Shown: positions 19,420 to 29,900 of the stretch, one piece after another
Numbering within the stretch: position 1 is the first letter of the stretch
Layout: each line of letters starts with the position of its first letter
Source: an uncultured Roseicyclus sp.
GTDB lineage: Bacteria > Pseudomonadota > Alphaproteobacteria > Rhodobacterales > Rhodobacteraceae
Reading direction: 5' to 3'
Assembly (NCBI GenBank): GCA_964525355.1
Contig: CAZGHJ010000001.1
Location: 1-51,733, forward strand
DNA length: 51,733 nucleotides
The notes under the pieces: model-generated
Seen by the model: the letters and a program-made list of their open reading frames with translations, nothing else
What the model was told of the DNA's origin: nothing
Databases searched by the model: none
Position numbers and translations under genes: made by a program

Positions 19420-20883
19420 ATGCGCTTCTGGACGGCGATCGGCCTCATACTGGTGCTTTCGATGACGGGGCTGACATACGAGATCGCCGCGGGCCGCGTG
19501 CTCGCGCCGTTCTTCGGAACATCCCTCCTGACCTGGACCACGGTGATCGCGACGGTTCTGGCGGGCTTCTCCATCGGCAATGCGCTTGGCGGGTTCATCG
19601 CCGAGCGCGAGACAGGCACGGCGTTGCGCACCGTGCGCGCGGCGCTTGTGGCGACGGCGGTTCTGGCGGCCATCTCCCCGACGGTGCTGGCGCTGGTTTA
19701 TACGTGGGGCGCGCGCGGGACGGGCGGCATGATGCTGGCCGTGTTCATCGCGTTCTTTCCGGCCTCGGTCCTGATCAGCGCACCGTCGCCTCTGCTGGCC
19801 AAGCTCGCCGTCGAGGCGCGGCCGGGCCGCGAAGGCTCGTCGCTGGGCCTGGTGCTTGCGGCCGGTTCGCTCGGCGCGATCCTCGGCGCGGTCCTGACGG
19901 GTTTCGTCGCCCTGCCGCTGGTCGGATCGGCAGCCACCTTCGCGGGCTGTGCCTTGCTGACGCTTCTCTGCGTGCCCTTCGTGCGGGCCGGGGATGGTGC
20001 GGGCGGCGGGCTGCGGAGGGCGGCAGAGACCTCCCTCGCGCCGCTCCTGCTCGTGGGTCTCCTCGTGGCCGGAAGCGCTGCGCTGGGCCCTGTGTGCCGC
20101 TACGAATCCGGCCTGTCCTGCATCGATGTCACGCGGAGCGGGGGGGCGGTCAACCTGCTGTCCGACAGAACCCGCCAGGCCGCCGAAACCGTCGCGGACG
20201 ATCAGGCACAAGAGAGGCTGGTTCTTCCCTACACGGAGTGGATCTGGGACCGCATGGCGCAGGATCTCGGGCCAGCGCCGGCGGTGCTGTTCATCGGTGG
20301 CGGCGGCTACACCCTTCCGACGCAGCTTCTGTCGTCACGCCCGGACGCGGCGGCGGTCGCCGTCGAGATCGACCCCCTGATCACGCAGGTCGTGCGGCGG
20401 CACCTGCCATGGGCGGGCGCGACGCTCGAGAAGGTGGGGTTCGATGCGTCCGGGCAGACGCCCCGGACCGGCCGGCTCGGCGTCGTCCACGAGGATGGCC
20501 GGGTCTATCTCAACGAGACCGGCCACCGCTTCGACGCCGCCGTCATGGATGCCTTCTCGTCGGCGTCGGTCCCGGCGCATCTCGTGACTATCGAGACCTT
20601 CGAGCGGGTTCGCGAGGTCGTGGACGGGCCGGTCTATGTCAACCTGATCGACCGGCCCGACGGCCTGCTCGAGCGCGGGACCCACGCGATCCTGACAGGC
20701 CTTTACGATCACGTCCTGTCGGTTCGCGGCCCGCTCAACGCGCGCGGCACCGGAAACGTGATGATCGCCGCATCGGACCGGCCGCTGGAGGCGTTGACGA
20801 TGCTGCCCGAGGGGTTCGAGAGGGTGCAGATCACGCCGGGCCGGGCCTTCACCGACGATCGGGGCTGGGTGGGGTACCGATGA
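19420..20883 (+). CDS. Fused membrane domain/spermidine synthase-like SAM-binding protein
   Basis: YEIAAGRVLAPFFGTSLLTW TM block; LFIGGGGY, VEIDP, EDGR, MDAFS..VPAHL. Confidence 0.85.
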   Translation: MRFWTAIGLILVLSMTGLTYEIAAGRVLAPFFGTSLLTWTTVIATVLAGFSIGNALGGFIAERETGTALRTVRAALVATAVLAAISPTVLALVYTWGARGTGGMMLAVFIAFFPASVLISAPSPLLAKLAVEARPGREGSSLGLVLAAGSLGAILGAVLTGFVALPLVGSAATFAGCALLTLLCVPFVRAGDGAGGGLRRAAETSLAPLLLVGLLVAGSAALGPVCRYESGLSCIDVTRSGGAVNLLSDRTRQAAETVADDQAQERLVLPYTEWIWDRMAQDLGPAPAVLFIGGGGYTLPTQLLSSRPDAAAVAVEIDPLITQVVRRHLPWAGATLEKVGFDASGQTPRTGRLGVVHEDGRVYLNETGHRFDAAVMDAFSSASVPAHLVTIETFERVREVVDGPVYVNLIDRPDGLLERGTHAILTGLYDHVLSVRGPLNARGTGNVMIAASDRPLEALTMLPEGFERVQITPGRAFTDDRGWVGYR

Positions 20884-21094
20884 TGCTCGGCGCGACGGGC
20901 GAGGGGGTGACCACCCCGCCATCCGGCACAGCCCCGGGACGGGCGCGGGGACGGCCGGAAGGGGCGGTGTGCCTCCCCGGAAAGCCATTCAGCCCCGCAC
21001 CGCCGCGTCCTTCGACCTTCGCAGGGCGCGGTACCTTTCAAGTCTTTTCACGGGCGCATCGCGGCCCCGGCAAGATGCTCGAGGAGGGCATGAC

Positions 21095-21490
21095 ATGGCA
21101 AAGATGATCCATTCGATGATCCGGGTGCTGGACGAGGCGCGCTCGCTGAACTTCTACAGGACGGCATTCGGGCTCGAGGTTCGCGACCGGCTCGATTTCG
21201 ACGACTTCACGCTGATCTACCTGGCCAATGAAGAAAGCACGTTCGAGCTTGAGCTGACCGTGAACAAGGACACGGCGGACGCCTACGATCTCGGCAACGG
21301 ATACGGCCATCTCGCGGTCTCGGTGGAGGACGCGGCCGCCGAGCATGCCCGGTTCGAGGCCGAGGGTCTCGGCCCGCGCAAGCTCGTGGATTTCGCGCCG
21401 GGGGGCGAGGTGATCGCGCGGTTCTTCTTCGTGGCGGACCCGGACGGCTACCAGATCGAGGTTCTGCAACGCGGTGGGCGCTATCTCTGA
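21095..21490 (+). CDS. VOC family protein, lactoylglutathione lyase-like
   Basis: IHSMIRV, ELELTVN, LGNGYGHLAV, DPDGYQIEV. Confidence 0.9.
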   Translation: MAKMIHSMIRVLDEARSLNFYRTAFGLEVRDRLDFDDFTLIYLANEESTFELELTVNKDTADAYDLGNGYGHLAVSVEDAAAEHARFEAEGLGPRKLVDFAPGGEVIARFFFVADPDGYQIEVLQRGGRYL

Positions 21491-21799
21491 GCCGCAAGGC
21501 GCAGCGGTTCGACCACAAGGCCGAATGCGGCCCGCGCCCGCTGGACTCGTCCCGAACGGCACCGGACCGCTGGCCACCGGGGGCTTGCGCAGCGGGGCCT
21601 CGCGGTCGTTGCCCTTGGAGGCGGGCCTGCGGCAGAAGACACGGGCCATCGCACGGGCCGCGGGGGACTTCATCGCCGTCACGGACACCGCGGGCCTGCC
21701 GCCTGCCAAGCGCCGTCGCAGCCGCAGCGGCGCGCCGGGCCAAGAGCCCTTGGATCGTGCCGGTCACCGCATCGGCGCGCTCGGATGCCCGGGCCTGCG

Positions 21800-22375
21800 C
21801 CGGCCACCGTCACCCGGCAGAGCCCGCAGGTCCCCGAGCCCCCTCAGGCCCTCCGGCAGGTCGGCATAGGCCAGCCGCGCGCGGATCGCGTTGAGCATCA
21901 CCAAGGCGCCGGCAAAGCCTGCGCCCGACCCGAGCCCGAAGACGACCGACCGGGGCAGGGTGTAGCTCCGCTCGACCATGAAGAGGCTGCCGCCGAGGTT
22001 GGCGCATTGCACCGTCAGCAGCGGCAGGAACACCCCGAAGGCCGCGTGTATGGCGGGCAAGACCCTGTCGAGGCCCATTCCCAGCAGCTGAACCGTCGCC
22101 GTGATCGCGCCGATGAAGGGGATAAGCCACAGTCAGGACAGCTCGAGGTCCGGCATCCCCGCCCAGGCCCATGCGCCGTGCGCGAGACGCCCGTCATGGA
22201 TGATCTGGTCGAGCGGCACGGTCACGCCGACAACGTCGGTGTTCGCCACGCCGAGGCCCAGTGCCGCTTCGGGCCGGCGCGACAGCGCGATGAAGGTGCA
22301 AAGCCTCAGGAACAGCGTCAGCGGCATGTTGGAGACGCAGCTCGCCTCGAGGAACAGGGTCCGGAGATCGCTCAT
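21800..22375 (-). pseudogene. nqrE: Na+-translocating NADH:quinone reductase subunit E, frameshifted
   Basis: SNMPLTLFLRLCTFIALS..GVTVP; second frame [34 protein letters not shown]. Confidence 0.8.
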
Positions 22376-23016
22376 TCCGCCGGTTTCTGTGCCTTGGGCG
22401 GTGCGTGGTCCGGCGTCTCCGCCTGTTCGGTCCGGGCCGAGCGGATCGCCCAGACCAGCATCCCCAGAAGGAAGAAGGCGCTGGGCGCGAGCAGCATGAG
22501 GTTGAGCGGCGTGAGCCAGCCGCCCTCATCGGCCAGCGGCAGGATGGTGACACCCATGAGCTGGCCGCGGCCGAAAAGCTCGCGCATGGCCCCGATGACG
22601 ATCAGGATCAGCGAGTAGTCCAGCCGGTTGCCGAATGCGTCGACCATCGAGGGCACGGGCGGGCTGTGCCGCGTGAAGGACTCGGCGCGCCCCAGCACGA
22701 GGGTGTTCGTCGCGATGAGCGCCACATGGACCGACAGCGCCTGGCTGATCTCGAAGAGAAAGGCCCGCAGGATCTGGTCGATCACGATGCCGAGCGAGGC
22801 CACGATCACGATCCGCACGATCAGGCGGATCGTGTCGGGGATGTGGGCCCGGATCACGCTGATGAGCCCTGCCGAAAGCGTCAGCACGACCGTCAGCGCC
22901 GCCGGCATGGTCAGCGCCGTGGCCAGCGATGTCGTCACCGCGAGCGCCGAGCACAGGCCGAGGATTTGCAGCGTCACCGGGTTCTCGCGCACCAGTGGCG
23001 CGGTCAGGATGGCTCG
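22372..23016 (-). pseudogene. nqrD: NqrD with its start deleted, fused in frame to the nqrC remnant
   Basis: ENPVTLQILGLCSALAVT..IATNTLVLGRAE..RELFG..LLAPSAFF. Confidence 0.8.
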
Positions 23017-23550
23017 GAACTCCCCCCGACGGACGGCGTCGAGGAACGGGCCATAGCCCTCGGGCCCGAGCCAGAAGCGGATCATGCGCGTCATGGCGTT
23101 CGACGTGCGCGTGGCCCCGGTGATCCCGTCGACCTCCAAGACGCTCGCCCCAGCCCCGCGCGCCACCGCGAAGCGCAGGTTGCCCGCCCCCGCTCGAGGT
23201 CGATGACGACGGTGTCGAGCGTGCCGCCGGACTGTTCCAGAAGCTCCGCCATGCCGGGAATGCCGCGCATGAGGCTCTCGATGCGGGCCTGTTCCTCGGC
23301 GGCGCGGATGCGCGCGACACGGCACGCCATGGGCGCGACAAGGCGGATCCCGGCCGCGGGCCGGAGCCGCGCAAGCGGCGCGCCTTCGGCCAAGACCCGG
23401 TCCTCGGCCGTCTCCGGATCCAGCCGCAGGTCGCATCCGCGCGGTGCGACCACGACGGCCTCCTCGGTCGGTATCGCCACCGGCGCCTCGCTGGCATGGG
23501 GCGGCGTCTCCATCGGAAGAACGCGGCCCGCGCTGCGCCCGCGCGACATC
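23017..23550 (-). pseudogene. Fused remnants of nqrA (N-terminus) and nqrC; nqrB absent
   Basis: NqrC FMN motif VDGITGATRTS..FWLGPEGYGPFL; IPGMAELLEQSGG..VVIDLE; NqrA-like GAPLARLR..LVAPMACRVARI; limits approximate. Confidence 0.65.
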
Positions 23551-23667
23551 ACCCTTTCCCCACGTCCGATATCATCCGCCAATGTCCGTCTTGCGCGCAA
23601 AGGCAAAGACTGTTCGGGCACGCCATTCCCTACGCGGGCCAACACTCAGGCATCGGATCGGAAAGAC

Positions 23668-24870
23668 ATGCGCATCCCAGCCTGCGCCGCCAGCATCGCC
23701 CTTGTTCCCCTCGTCGCGGGGTTCGGCCTGACCCAAGGGGATGTGGGCTTTGCGCAGACCGACGAAGGCGAGGGCGGCGTGTCGGACATCCCCTTACCGG
23801 CGACACCGCGGTCCTGCCGTTCGTGATCCTGGCATCCGATCCGTTCACTCTCGAGGAGAGCGAGATCTTGAACGACCGGGCGATCGCCGACCGGTTCCGC
23901 TCGGGCCATGCCGATGCCGCGTCCGATGCTTTCCGCCACTGGGACGCGGATTGGGAAATCGATCCGGTCCGTGCCGTCTGCCATTCGGCGCGGGGTTTCG
24001 CAGCTTTCACGGTCTCGGCGGCAGCGCGCCGGGCCTCCCCGAGACGCCCGTCGACACGGGCGGTGTGGTCGACTGCGCGACCTGTCACGACCCGGGGCTC
24101 GCCAACATCACCGGGATCCGCATGCCCAGCAGCGTGATGCATCCCGTAAACGGGGTCGAAGCCTCCTGCGTGACGCGCCACCGGGGGCGCGCGGCCGGCG
24201 CGACGGTGGCAGAAGCCGTGGGCGATCTGCCCGACGACAGCCCCAACTCCGAGCTGCGCGTCGTCAATCCCCATTACGCGACCGCGGCCGCCACATGGCT
24301 CGGCGGATACGGCGCGGCGGGTTACCATCACGAAGGGCGCGACCATGCCGGCCGGTTCTTCCATGCCCGCCCGATCAGCAGCTGCGTCTCCTCCCATCAG
24401 CCCCATGCGCTCACGGTGCAGTCCGCGGCCTGCACCACCTGCCACGAGAATGGCGCTGACCCCGACCTGATCCGCATCACCCGGCAAAGCCACGACGGAC
24501 GCTGCAAGACCGGTCAGGGCATTCGCATGGATATCGCCAGCAATGCCGCCCTGCTGGAGGACATGGTCACGGGCTACGCGGCCGAGGTCGCGGGAACCCG
24601 GATGATCCATGACGGCGGGCGCCATCCGTGTTTCTGCGCCAACGGCAATGCCGACGGCGAGGCCGACACGGCCGAGGGGCGTCCGGTCGCCTATGCAAAC
24701 CGGACGCAGAGGATGCTCCGCGCCGCCTGCGACTGGAAGCTCGTCACCGCCGATACCGGCGCCTGCGCCCAAAATCCGCACGACGCCCTGCATCTGTTGC
24801 ACGACTCCATCGCCGACCGTGCCGGCGCGCCGGATGGGGATGTCGAGGATCTCGGGCTCTTGCGATCGGG
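23668..24870 (+). pseudogene. Polyheme cytochrome c, frameshifted with degenerate heme motifs
   Basis: Signal peptide; SGHADAASDAFRHW; intact CATCH and CTTCH, broken RAVCH, CVTRH and CVSSH; split over three frames. Confidence 0.75.
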
Positions 24871-24927
24871 CGCGAAGCCCCGGATCCATGCCCGGCGCAG
24901 GCCCGGTCCTTGTCGCTCCGGCATGGT

Positions 24928-25785
24928 CTACCGGGGCGCGTCCCCTCCGAATGTCGTGCGGTACAGCAGCCTGCGCGACCCCGCGTAGTCGTTCGTCGCG
25001 TAATGCAGGGTCATCCGGTTGTCCCAGACCACGACATCTCCGGCCCGCCATCTGTGGCGGCAGGAGAAATCGGGGCGCGTGGCATGTGTGTAGATCTGGT
25101 CGAGGAAGGGTCGGCTTTCCTCTTCCGTAAGCCCATCGAAGCGCGTGGTGTAGATCGGGTTCAGAAACAGGGCGCGCTGGCCGGTCGCCGGATCGGTCAC
25201 CACCGCCGGGTGCAGGGTTTCGGCGTCGGCGGCCGGGTCCCCGCGGGTCATCGCGATCGAGGCATTCGACCGCGTCTTCGCCGGGGGCGCGTGTCTCACG
25301 CCGTAGGGTTTGCCGACATGAACCGCCAGACGCCCATCGAGAAAGCCCCTCAGGTGGTCCGGCAGCGTCTCGAAGGCCTTGACCTGGCTGGCCCAGACGG
25401 TGTCCCCGCCGACGGGGGGAATGTCCACCGCCGACAGAACCGAGCCGGCCGGCGGGGTCTGGAGGAAACTGAAATCGCTGTGCCAGGCGCCACCGAAGAC
25501 GCCGCCATCGGTCTCGTGAGCCTCTTTCAGCACGGCGATCACCGCGGGATCTTCGGGGATCGGCGCAACGTAAGGCAGGCTCATCAGCGGTCCGAAGACC
25601 TCCGTCAGGCGCTTTTGTTCCGCGATGTCCAGGTGCTGATCGCGGAATACCAGGACGCGATGCGCGCTCAGCGCCGTCCGCAAGGCGGTGCAGAGGTCGG
25701 GATCGTCGAGCGCGCGCAGGTCCGCACCGAGCACTTCGGCGCCCACGAACCCGGCAAGGCGTTCGGTTTCGGGAAGGCTGCCCAT
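24928..25785 (-). CDS. TauD/TfdA family Fe(II)/2-oxoglutarate dioxygenase
   Basis: WHSDFSF (HxD), GGDTVWAS, HPAV, WDNRMTLHYA..LYRTT. Confidence 0.92.
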   Translation of the reverse strand: MGSLPETERLAGFVGAEVLGADLRALDDPDLCTALRTALSAHRVLVFRDQHLDIAEQKRLTEVFGPLMSLPYVAPIPEDPAVIAVLKEAHETDGGVFGGAWHSDFSFLQTPPAGSVLSAVDIPPVGGDTVWASQVKAFETLPDHLRGFLDGRLAVHVGKPYGVRHAPPAKTRSNASIAMTRGDPAADAETLHPAVVTDPATGQRALFLNPIYTTRFDGLTEEESRPFLDQIYTHATRPDFSCRHRWRAGDVVVWDNRMTLHYATNDYAGSRRLLYRTTFGGDAPR

Positions 25786-26001
25786 GGGCCAGGTTCCTAT
25801 CCGACTTCGTGACTGCGGACCACCGGATGACATCCGTGACGGATCCGCACAGGGCGCGGGGTGCAAGACCGTGAAGGCGAAGGCATGATGTCGCTGCGGT
25901 CGGGCGCGCAAGCCGGCAGCACGGCGGGTCGCGGCGCGCGCGATCCTTGGCTTGTCCGCGATGATGGTGCTACGCTGCGTCAACCACAGGAGTGGGCGAC
26001 C

Positions 26002-26919
26002 TTGACCGACCTGCCGAAAAGCATCCTCGACGACCCGCGGTACCGGAGCATCCGCGAGCGTCGCGAGAAATATGCGGCCGAGGCGCGGCAGGCGCAGGCG
26101 CGCTACCGCCGGCTGACGAAAGGGTTCATCGCAGCCAGCCTTGCCGCCGCCGTGGTCGGCGGTCTGGTGCTTTACGGGATCGACCTGACGCCTCGGACCG
26201 ACGGTCCGGAGCGTCCGGGCGCGGCGCTGCACGGCCTCGTCTCCGATCAGAACGTGCGTCCTTTCCTGCTTTTCCTTCAGGCCATCGCCGTCGGCGCCGC
26301 GGGGTTTTTCGCCTATGTGCTGAATGCCCAGGATTTCGCGCGCACCTGGTGCGACTACCGCGCCAGGGCCGAAGAGTTGCGGCAGCAATCCGCGCTCCTG
26401 GCGCTCGAGATCGGGCACGCGCAGGGCCCGGAGGAATTCCGCGCCGCAGGACGAAGCTTCGTGGTGGATCTCGTCGAGGGGCAGATCGCCTATCTGGCGC
26501 GGGCGGCGGCGAGCCACGGCACGAGATCCATTCGCCTCTCGGTGCTTGGCGGGGCGATCATCGCGATCGGCGTCGCGGCCCCGATCCTCGCGACCGCGGG
26601 ACTGCCCTCGCTGGTGCTGGTCGGTGCGCTGGCGGCGATCGTAACGCCGGCCCTGCTGTCGGGCCTGAAATCCTGGAGCGAGGCGACGGCGGGCGTCGAG
26701 CGAAAACGCCTGCACGATGCCACGTTCGATCTACTGCAGGCGGCCCGCGCCCGGCAGGGGGAACTCGACGCAGCCATCGGCGCGCATGATCTCGAGGCCG
26801 CGAAAGCCTATGCCGGGCTGGTGTTCGAGGCGCTGCAGACCGATGTCGACGGGTTCCTGAAGATCATGGAGGGCGCCCCGAAACCGCCGGCGCCAGGCCT
26901 TCCCGCGTCGACCCCCTAG
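26002..26919 (+). CDS. Tandem SLATT/DUF4231-like four-TM protein
   Basis: AGGAG RBS plus TTG 26002; two 2-TM hairpins; TWCDYRARAEELR (W-x3-R-x2-AE) and DLVEGQIAYL motifs typical of SLATT/DUF4231. Confidence 0.65.
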   Translation: MTDLPKSILDDPRYRSIRERREKYAAEARQAQARYRRLTKGFIAASLAAAVVGGLVLYGIDLTPRTDGPERPGAALHGLVSDQNVRPFLLFLQAIAVGAAGFFAYVLNAQDFARTWCDYRARAEELRQQSALLALEIGHAQGPEEFRAAGRSFVVDLVEGQIAYLARAAASHGTRSIRLSVLGGAIIAIGVAAPILATAGLPSLVLVGALAAIVTPALLSGLKSWSEATAGVERKRLHDATFDLLQAARARQGELDAAIGAHDLEAAKAYAGLVFEALQTDVDGFLKIMEGAPKPPAPGLPASTP

Positions 26920-26951
26920 CCGGCGTCGAAGCCGCCAACCCGAGGGACGCG

Positions 26952-29900
26952 ATGTCTCGTATCTTCATCAGCCATTCAAGCGGGGACAACGCGGCGGCGG
27001 TCGCCCTGAAGGACTGGCTTCTGGAGAACGGCTGGTCGGACGTTTTCCTCGACCTCGATCCCGACCGGGGCATCCGCGCGGGCGAGCGGTGGGAACGCGC
27101 GCTGCACGACGCGGCCTATCGTTGCCAGGCCATCATCTTTCTCGTCAGTCGCAACTGGCTGGCATCGCAATGGTGCGGCAAGGAATTCGACCTCGCGGCG
27201 AAGCTGAACAAGCGGATGTTCGGCGTGCTGATCGACGACTTCGCGATCCGCGATCTGCCGCCGCGCTTCACCGATACCTGGCAATTCACCAATCTCGCGG
27301 CGGGCCAGGATCACGAGGTCTTCCGGGCCATCCTGCCGCCCGACGATCGCGAGGCGCATGTCACCTTTTCGCGAAGCGGGCTGCGGCGCCTGAAGGCGGG
27401 CCTGCAGGCTGCGGGACTTGACCCGCGCTTTTTCGAATGGCCGCCCCAGGACGACCCGGACCGCGCGCCCTATACCGGCCTGCCGCCGATGGAAGAGGCC
27501 GATGCCGGCATCTTTTTCGGCCGCGAGGCGGATATCGTCCGTGCCCTCGACGATCTGCGCGGCCTTGCCCGCCGGGGCCCGCCACGTCTGTTCGTGATCG
27601 AGGGCGCCTCGGGCTGCGGGAAATCGTCCTTCCTGCGCGCCGGTCTGATCCCCAGGCTCAGGCGCGACAGCCGCAGCTACCTGGTCCTGCCGACGATCCG
27701 GCCCGAGCAGGCGGCGATCGACGGGGCGCGCGGCCTCGTCGCCTCCCTCACCACCGCCTTCGCCGAGGCCGGCGCGCCGCGCAACAGGGCGGATCTGCGC
27801 GAGGTCGCGGGCGCGCCAGAGCGTCTCGAGACGGCGCTTGCCGATCTCGCCGGACATGCGACGGTCCCTGCGATGCCCGGCGAGGCGGAGGCCAGACCGC
27901 CCGCCGTGGTCGTCCCAATCGACCAGGCGGAGGAGCTTTTCCAGTCCGCCGGGCGCGAGCAGGGCAGGCGGCTCCTGGGGCTTCTGTCGACGGTCATCCG
28001 GTCGCGGTCGCTGCGTCTCGTCGTCGTCTTCACCATCCGCACCGACGATTACGAACCGCTGCAGACGGCCGCCGAGTTCGAGGGGATGGCCCAGCACATC
28101 TTCGGCCTCGCGCCGATCCCGATCGGGCGGCTGGGTTCGATCATCGAGGGACCGGCGCGGCGCGTCACCGAAAGCACGCTGACCGACCGGAGGCTGACGA
28201 TCGATCCTGCCCTTGTCGCCCGGCTTCTGAAGGACCTGCAGCAGGGGGCGTCGGCGGATGTCATGCCGCTCTGCGCCTTCATCCTCGAGCGGCTCTGGCG
28301 CGACTACGGCGCCGACGGCAAGCTGACGCTTGCGGAATACGAAAGCGCGGAACAGGGCCTCGGCGGCATACGCGGCGCCATCGAGGGCGCGGTCGCCGCC
28401 GCTTTCGCCGAACCCGAGCGCGCGCCCGCGATCCCGCGCGATCCCGACGCGCGCGCGGCACTTCTGCGGCGCGCGATGATCCCGGCGCTGGCCGCCATCG
28501 ACCCCGAGACGCGCACGCCGCGCCGCCGTGTGGCGCGCATGTCGGAGATCCCCGAAGACGCGCGCGCGCTCGTCGAGCGCCTCGTGGAGGCGCGTCTTCT
28601 GACGACCGACCTCTCGCCGGGCATGCAGGAACGCACGGTCGAGCCGGCCCACGAGGCACTGCTGCGGCAATGGACGCTGATGGAGACCTGGCTGCAGGAG
28701 GACGCGCGCGATCTCCTGGTGCTCGATGGCGTCGAGCGCGCGGCGAGCGACTGGCAGGAGCATGGCGCGGCCGACGCCTGGCTGGCCCATTCGGGCGGCC
28801 GGCTGGAGGATGCCGAACGCCTGCGCCGGCGCGCCGATTTCGCGGCGCGCCTGTCCGGCGCGCAGGGCGCCTATCTCGACGCCTGCCACGCGGCGGAAAC
28901 CGCGCGGCGCGACAGGGAACTGGCCGATGCCCGCCGCATCGCCGCGGCCGAGACCGCACAGGCCAGCGAGGCGCGGCGACGGATGCGGGCGACCCGCGCG
29001 GGCCTTCTCGTGTCGCTTCTGCTGCTCGTGGTCGCCGGCGCCGCAGCCATTTCGGCCGCGATCAGCAACGGCCGGCTCACCGCGACGAACGACCTTCTGG
29101 CCGCGACGAATGACGATCTTGCCGAGTCCAAGGCCGCAGCCGATGCGGCGGCGGATGCGGCGCGCGCGGCGCAACGCGCCGCGCAGGACAGCGCGGCCCA
29201 GGCCGAGGTGCAGCGCGAGCGGGCCGACGCGGAGCGCCGCCGCGCGGAGCTTGGCCAGATCGAGGCCCTGGTCTCGGCCTCCGCCGCGCAACTGCCCGGC
29301 AGCGACGATCGCGACGGGCTGGCCGCGCTGGTGGATGGCCTCGAGGCCGCCACGAAGATCGAGGCCATGCCGGACATTCCGCCGGTGTTGCGCGATCGCG
29401 CGACCGAGACACTGCGCCGAGCCATTTCCGGCGTCTGGGAGCGCAATCGACTGGACGCCCTGGACGGCCGGGTGATTGCCGTCGCCGCGAGCCCCGATGG
29501 CGCGCGGTTCGGCGCCGTCGACACCGAGGGTACGATCGCGCTCTGGTCGAGAAGCGGCGCGCTTCTGAAGACGATCCGCCCCGGTTCGGCCGACATCTGG
29601 GTCTCGAGCGCAAGCTTCGACGACCGGTTCGACCGCGTGGCGATGGTCTATGCCACCACCACGCCCGACGGGAGCATCACGCCCGACAGCGAAACCCGCC
29701 TCACGGTCTGGGATCTGGACACCGGCGAGGGCCGCATCGTCAGGGACGGGCCGAGGGATTGGGCGTATTACGTGGATTTCGCCGCCGGCGGCACCCTGCT
29801 GGCGACGTCATGGCGCGACACGACCAGCTGGTGGACCCTCGATGGCGCGCCGGTGCGTGACCCCGTGACCGCGCAGGTCGAATTCGAAATGCCCTCCGAG

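Noticed and set aside
24928-25785. TauD as a third component of the SLATT/NLR system
   Set aside because: Divergently oriented ordinary sulfonate-dioxygenase-like gene; nothing in the sequence links it, and it would need co-occurrence data.
24928-26715. Apparent 595-aa TauD with a long N-terminal extension
   Set aside because: The extension is the antisense of the SLATT-like gene; the TauD domain begins at Met 25785.
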